A model generated the notes under the pieces. That model worked only from the letters and a program-made list of their open reading frames with translations, was not told the origin of the DNA and did no database searches. Below are positions 59,791-64,000 of a DNA stretch of 64,000 nucleotides, one piece after another. The DNA comes from an uncultured Bacilli bacterium (GTDB taxonomy: Bacteria; Bacillota_I; Bacilli_A; RF39; UBA660): contig CAJTZW010000003.1 in assembly GCA_910584305.1 (NCBI GenBank), positions 10,378-74,377 on the forward strand. Reading direction: 5' to 3'. Made by a program: the position numbers and the translations under genes. Positions within the stretch are counted from its first letter, which is position 1; every line of letters starts with the position of its first letter.

Positions 59791-60632
59791 TTATAGTTCT
59801 TCTATCTCTTCTTTAGATAGTCCTGTCGCTTTCACTATATCCTCAATAGGTGTTCCTATATTTTTTAGATTTCTTGCTATGAATATAGTCTGTTGCTCAA
59901 TTCCTTGTTCTAGCCCTTGTTCTAATGCATATTCAAGTCTACTATTCATCTCTTTCCTTGCAACTGCTTCTGCATCATATAATCCTATAATATTCTTATC
60001 TTGACACAATCTCTTAATTTCATCTATTGCATCATTCATATAATTTTCTCCCCTCAATACTTCTAGTTCACATTCACTCTTGGCTGTGAATATTTTTAAT
60101 ATATTGATTAATTCTTCATTTGCATCATTAGTATAACATTTTCGCCTTACACTGTCTAGATTGATATTATATTTTTATAGTTTTCATCATCTATAAAATG
60201 ATCCACTGTTTCCATCATTTGAAACCTATAAATTAGCTTATTCCTTTTATATTGATCATAACAATCAAAATTTAATTGTATAATCATTCGATCATCATAT
60301 GTTTCTCCTGTTTCATAAGATTCTCCTGCTACCTTTTTTAGATACTGAGCATTCTTCTTTGGTAACCCAGGATAATATGCCTGGTTCATTTCAATCGATA
60401 ATAGATGTTTATCGATTTTTACTATCACATCTGTTTTATAGACTTTACTTTCTTTATGGGGTACTGGAAGTTCTATACTTTGATAGTCCGCATTCTTTAA
60501 TAATTCTTCATCAAGCCCTGTAATTAAGTGAATCATTCTTGCTTTGCATATATTTGTTTTTTCACTCATCATAAATGCTTTGAATACAGTATCTGATGTT
60601 AATTCTAGTATTTTTAGTTCTTTTATTTTCAT
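59791..60632 (-). pseudogene. Rpn-family (YhgA-like, PD-(D/E)XK) recombination-promoting nuclease/putative transposase, disrupted
   Basis: ORF 60156-60632 gives MKIKELKILELTSDTVFKAFM.., the N-terminal nuclease domain (GAGGTG SD). ORF 59791-60057 in a different frame gives ..EQGLEQGIEQQTIFIARNLKNIGTPIEDIVKATGLSKEEIEEL, the characteristic Rpn C-terminus. Stops and a frame change lie in between. Confidence 0.55.
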
Positions 60633-60679
60633 CCTACACCTCAATAGTAACATACGAGGTTTTATTACCATTTCCTTCT

Positions 60680-60715
60680 CATATAAAAAATACATCCACT
60701 ATTCTAGATGTATTT
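60680..60715 (-). terminator. rho-independent terminator downstream of the flavoenzyme gene
   Basis: aaatacatc-(10 nt)-gatgtattt with a T-run on the minus strand. Confidence 0.5.
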
Positions 60716-60768
60716 TGTTATATGTACCCTCTCATTGACAATAATTAGTGAGTAAGATATCCAAAAGA

Positions 60769-62343
60769 CTACTTCTTTTCTTCATGATATGACTTATCTG
60801 TATTAACACTCCAAATAGAACTTTTATCATTACTTCCATCTACAATCACACTTGCAACTTCCATACCAGTGAGCATTGAATGATCCATATTATTGTATTT
60901 ATGTTGGCCATTTCTACCAATACAATATAGATTTGAATAAGTGTTTAAATACTTTATAATATTAGGCATTTCACTATAAGTATCAAAGTATGCTGGATAA
61001 GCTTTTGGAACTTTAATACGAATGCTATGTTTTATTTGACTGAAGTCATTTAAAAGACCAATTTGAATCGCTTCTCCTACAGCAAAACGAACAAATTTCT
61101 CATCAGACATATTCCAATATTGATCATCTTCATCACAGAAATATTCAAAAGTAACAAGCTCTTCTTTCTCCATCTTTTTCTTATCTGGAAAAAGATATGG
61201 AGACCAATTGTTAAAAAATTGAACTCGTCCCATTTTAACTTCAGGTTCTTGCATATAAATCCAATGATCTGGGATTACATTCGCAAGTGTAGGAATTTTA
61301 GTTTGATTTCGCAAATTAATTTTATCAACAACAACCCCAACAGCCATAAAAGAACGATATGGTAAATGAACTGCTGCATTATATACCTTCTTTGGTATTT
61401 TTTCTCCATCAAGTCCTAAAAATAAATCTCGAACTGGCATAGAGGAAATAAAATAATCACACTTCATATTTTTGATTTTACTATTCATACAACAATCCAC
61501 TGCATATATCTGCTTATTTTTAGAATATACTTTTGTCACTTTATGATTTAGCAAAATCGTTCCACCCAAAGTTTCTACCTTTTCTGCTAAAACCTCCCAC
61601 ATTTGCCCTGCTCCTAATTTTGGATAATAAAATTGGTCAATGAGAGAAGTCTCTCCATTTTTTGTATCTTTCTTTCCGATTTTGCTTAAAAAAGCGTCCT
61701 TCAAAACAGCCTTAATCGAGACTCCTTTAACACGTTGACTACCCCAATCCGCTGATATATTATTAGGGCTTCTACCCCAAACTTTCTCTGTGTAATCTTT
61801 AAAAAACATACCATATAGTTTCTCACCAAATCGATTAATATAGAAATTCTCCAGTGAATCTTCCTTTCTCTTTACAATGCAAGATTTCAAATAACTAAAT
61901 CCAGAAACAAAAGTAATCTTTACTCCCATATTGACAATTGTATCTTTATTCAAAGTGACTGGATAATTAAAAAACTTTTTCATATAATAGATACGTGTTA
62001 AACGATTACGAATCAAAAATACATTTTCATCTTTTTCCGGATTGGGTCCACCTTTTACAAGAGGCTTCGAAATATGCAACTTCCTATCCTCATAAGAAGA
62101 CGCTCCCTGTACAGGAAGAAGTGACTGCCACAAATCATTTACACGATCATCCTTTGAAAAAAAGCGATGAATTCCTGTATCCAAACGATACCCATCAAAA
62201 GATACAGACTTTGAAATCCCACCTACTACATCATCTGCCTCCAAAATAGTAACATCATATTCATCACTCGCTTTTAACAATGTATAGGCAGCCGTCAGTC
62301 CTGCTGGACCTGCACCTACAATAACTACTTTTTTCTTTTTCAT
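60769..62343 (-). CDS. FAD-dependent oxidoreductase, UDP-galactopyranose-mutase-like / amine-oxidase superfamily
   Basis: N-terminal Rossmann VVIVGAGPAGLTAAYTL.., then ..GGISKSVSFDGYRLDTGIHRFF.. and ..FFKDYTEKVWG.. The Y(T)EK.WG element and the GxH.F element resemble UGM/Glf-type flavoenzymes. Confidence 0.55.
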   Translation of the reverse strand: MKKKKVVIVGAGPAGLTAAYTLLKASDEYDVTILEADDVVGGISKSVSFDGYRLDTGIHRFFSKDDRVNDLWQSLLPVQGASSYEDRKLHISKPLVKGGPNPEKDENVFLIRNRLTRIYYMKKFFNYPVTLNKDTIVNMGVKITFVSGFSYLKSCIVKRKEDSLENFYINRFGEKLYGMFFKDYTEKVWGRSPNNISADWGSQRVKGVSIKAVLKDAFLSKIGKKDTKNGETSLIDQFYYPKLGAGQMWEVLAEKVETLGGTILLNHKVTKVYSKNKQIYAVDCCMNSKIKNMKCDYFISSMPVRDLFLGLDGEKIPKKVYNAAVHLPYRSFMAVGVVVDKINLRNQTKIPTLANVIPDHWIYMQEPEVKMGRVQFFNNWSPYLFPDKKKMEKEELVTFEYFCDEDDQYWNMSDEKFVRFAVGEAIQIGLLNDFSQIKHSIRIKVPKAYPAYFDTYSEMPNIIKYLNTYSNLYCIGRNGQHKYNNMDHSMLTGMEVASVIVDGSNDKSSIWSVNTDKSYHEEKK

Positions 62344-62355
62344 ATAACATTCTCC

Positions 62356-63876
62356 TTACCACAATAATTTATATAATTTAAATTTAACAAATTCCTGATT
62401 AGAATTCCAGTAAAAGAACTCTGAAGCACTCTCATATACCAATTCTAATCTTCCAGATTCTTCAAGATTTTGTATTGTATCATCTGTTCCCCCACTAATA
62501 TTAGGGACATACAAAACATAAGCCGAGGAAGAGGTGTTAGCAACTGCAACATCAAAGTCACTTGAAAAAAGATCGGTATTCAAACTCTTATCCCAGGTTA
62601 CAAAAGAAAAGTACCTTTGGTTCTCTACACTATAAAACTTTCTATTTTTCAAATATCCCTGAATCACTCCAGTCATATTCTCATTTGTGGATAAAATTAT
62701 AGCATCACTTTCAATATGTTCCTCAATAAATGCAGCTATGAACGGAGCATCTGTCATTGTATGCTGAATGTCATTATAAGCCGCCTTTATCCCGTAAGGA
62801 ATCGAAAGCATACAAAATAAAAGCAATAATCCCTGTAAAGCATATTCACAGATAGAATATTTTTTTATAATAGAAAATATTCGCCCCTTACTTGGTGTTA
62901 TCTCCTCTTCCTTACAAATCCATGCAACAAACATTAATAAAAATATAATAATAATAGCCCTTGGGGTAATGCTATAAAAGAGCACCACACTCACAAATAA
63001 ATAAAAGGCATAAGAAATAACGAATAAAATTGTATCCTTTGGATGTATAAACATGTTCACACATAAAATAAGAAGAAGAAATCCTACAATAATGTAAAAA
63101 TATTCCCATGCAAAATTATACCCAGTAATATAATAAAATTCCATATTATAGCCACTCATAAAAAGATTACAAAATTCTAAAAAAGTAAAAGGCCCATAAT
63201 TACTAGTTCCAATACTTTGCACCAAAGAATTATCAGAATAACTACCTACCAGTTGTAAACATAAAACAATACCACCCAAAAACCCAATTAAACAGCCAAT
63301 TCCATGTTTCCAAGAAATTCTCCGATTCTTAATACAGTTTATAAAAGTCTCTAGTATAAAGAAAAATAACAAAATACTAGCCATACCAGCCATCATAACA
63401 TGTGTATTAAATAAGAGAAATAATAACACCCCATAAAGTAAAGGTCGTTCACTACGTTTTTGATACAATAAACAAATACATGTAATACAAAAAGCAATCA
63501 AACAATAATTCCTAGAGATTACAGAATAATAATAGATAAATGGTGAACTAAAAACAAGAACTGTTCTTACCAATTTAGAAAAAGGTGCTTTAAATAAAAT
63601 TAAAAAAGCTGTAACCATCATAATAAAGTAACTAATCCAAGAAACTACATAAATAGGGCATCCTAACTTTGCAAAAGGAAATAAAATGAAATGCCACAAA
63701 CAGGGATGTCCCTCAAAATGCATCTGTTTAAAAATATCAAAAGCGGATAAATCCCTAGCAATATCCCATGCTTGTACCTCATCACGGAATGGTTCATGAT
63801 ACATAAGAATGAATCCTGTAATTAAACAAAGAATAATAAATATGGTCCAATTATATATTTTATCTAACCTTTTCAA
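62356..63876 (-). CDS. polytopic membrane protein, putative GT-C-fold glycosyltransferase (paralog of 56095-57624)
   Basis: Same architecture and loop-1 motif as 56095-57624; roughly one third identity by eye. Confidence 0.4.
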   Translation of the reverse strand: MKRLDKIYNWTIFIILCLITGFILMYHEPFRDEVQAWDIARDLSAFDIFKQMHFEGHPCLWHFILFPFAKLGCPIYVVSWISYFIMMVTAFLILFKAPFSKLVRTVLVFSSPFIYYYSVISRNYCLIAFCITCICLLYQKRSERPLLYGVLLFLLFNTHVMMAGMASILLFFFILETFINCIKNRRISWKHGIGCLIGFLGGIVLCLQLVGSYSDNSLVQSIGTSNYGPFTFLEFCNLFMSGYNMEFYYITGYNFAWEYFYIIVGFLLLILCVNMFIHPKDTILFVISYAFYLFVSVVLFYSITPRAIIIIFLLMFVAWICKEEEITPSKGRIFSIIKKYSICEYALQGLLLLFCMLSIPYGIKAAYNDIQHTMTDAPFIAAFIEEHIESDAIILSTNENMTGVIQGYLKNRKFYSVENQRYFSFVTWDKSLNTDLFSSDFDVAVANTSSSAYVLYVPNISGGTDDTIQNLEESGRLELVYESASEFFYWNSNQEFVKFKLYKLLW

Positions 63877-64000
63877 AATCCCACTCCTCTGTTATAACCC
63901 TATTTATCCTACTCTCATTATAACATGAACCAATCAAAACGTAAAAGGTCATGGGTTTATTTCACCGAAAATGACATCATTTTAGTATACAAACAAGATA

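Noticed and set aside
58742-60714. Shared 13-bp motif ttctagatgtatt (58742-58754 and 60702-60714) as a repeat-element signature
   Set aside because: Only about 13-16 bp are shared, which is within chance for AT-rich DNA. The second copy is fully explained as one arm of a terminator hairpin.
1-64000. CRISPR arrays or rRNA genes
   Set aside because: No short regularly spaced direct repeats and no rRNA-like conserved stretches were seen. The only tRNA is Gly-UCC at 6106-6179.

Overview
This is an AT-rich Bacillota (Firmicutes)-type chromosomal segment, and almost every gene is on the minus strand. Housekeeping genes form the backbone. They are the 5' part of dnaE, rpmB, a tRNA-Gly(UCC), dtd, relA/spoT, secDF with ComN-like and SpoVB-like neighbours as in Bacillus, polA, a long polC, a two-component system, SPFH/NfeD and a CDF transporter. 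Between these sit regions that look accessory. (1) A roughly 2 kb islet lies directly 3' of tRNA-Gly: an orphan 202-aa gene with its own promoter and terminator, a 52-codon N-terminal remnant of a serine recombinase, and a DUF2726 nuclease-fold protein. (2) There are two large FtsX/MacB-type ABC systems. One is headed by a compact radical-SAM/SPASM protein and preceded by a 17-codon ORF with a good SD and a 9-bp-arm palindrome. (3) A diverged pair of transglutaminase-like (Cys-His-Asp) paralogs. (4) A four-gene cluster: a two-repeat helicase-associated-domain protein, an ASCH protein, an HhH-GPD-like glycosylase and an RNB-fold protein with a degenerate active site. I flag this cluster as the best candidate for an undescribed modification-sensing or defence module; this is speculative. 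(5) A recent tandem duplication of a DUF2207 membrane-protein gene, with about 808 bp of near-identical 5' sequence. (6) KilA-N and ORF6N phage-remnant sequences lie next to polC. (7) Two paralogous GT-C-like polytopic membrane proteins bracket a UDP-galactopyranose-mutase-like flavoenzyme, a lipoprotein, an orphan gene and a frameshifted Rpn-family nuclease pseudogene. I found no CRISPR array, no rRNA and no intact transposase. All calls come from reading the translated ORFs and the DNA by eye; no database search could be run.
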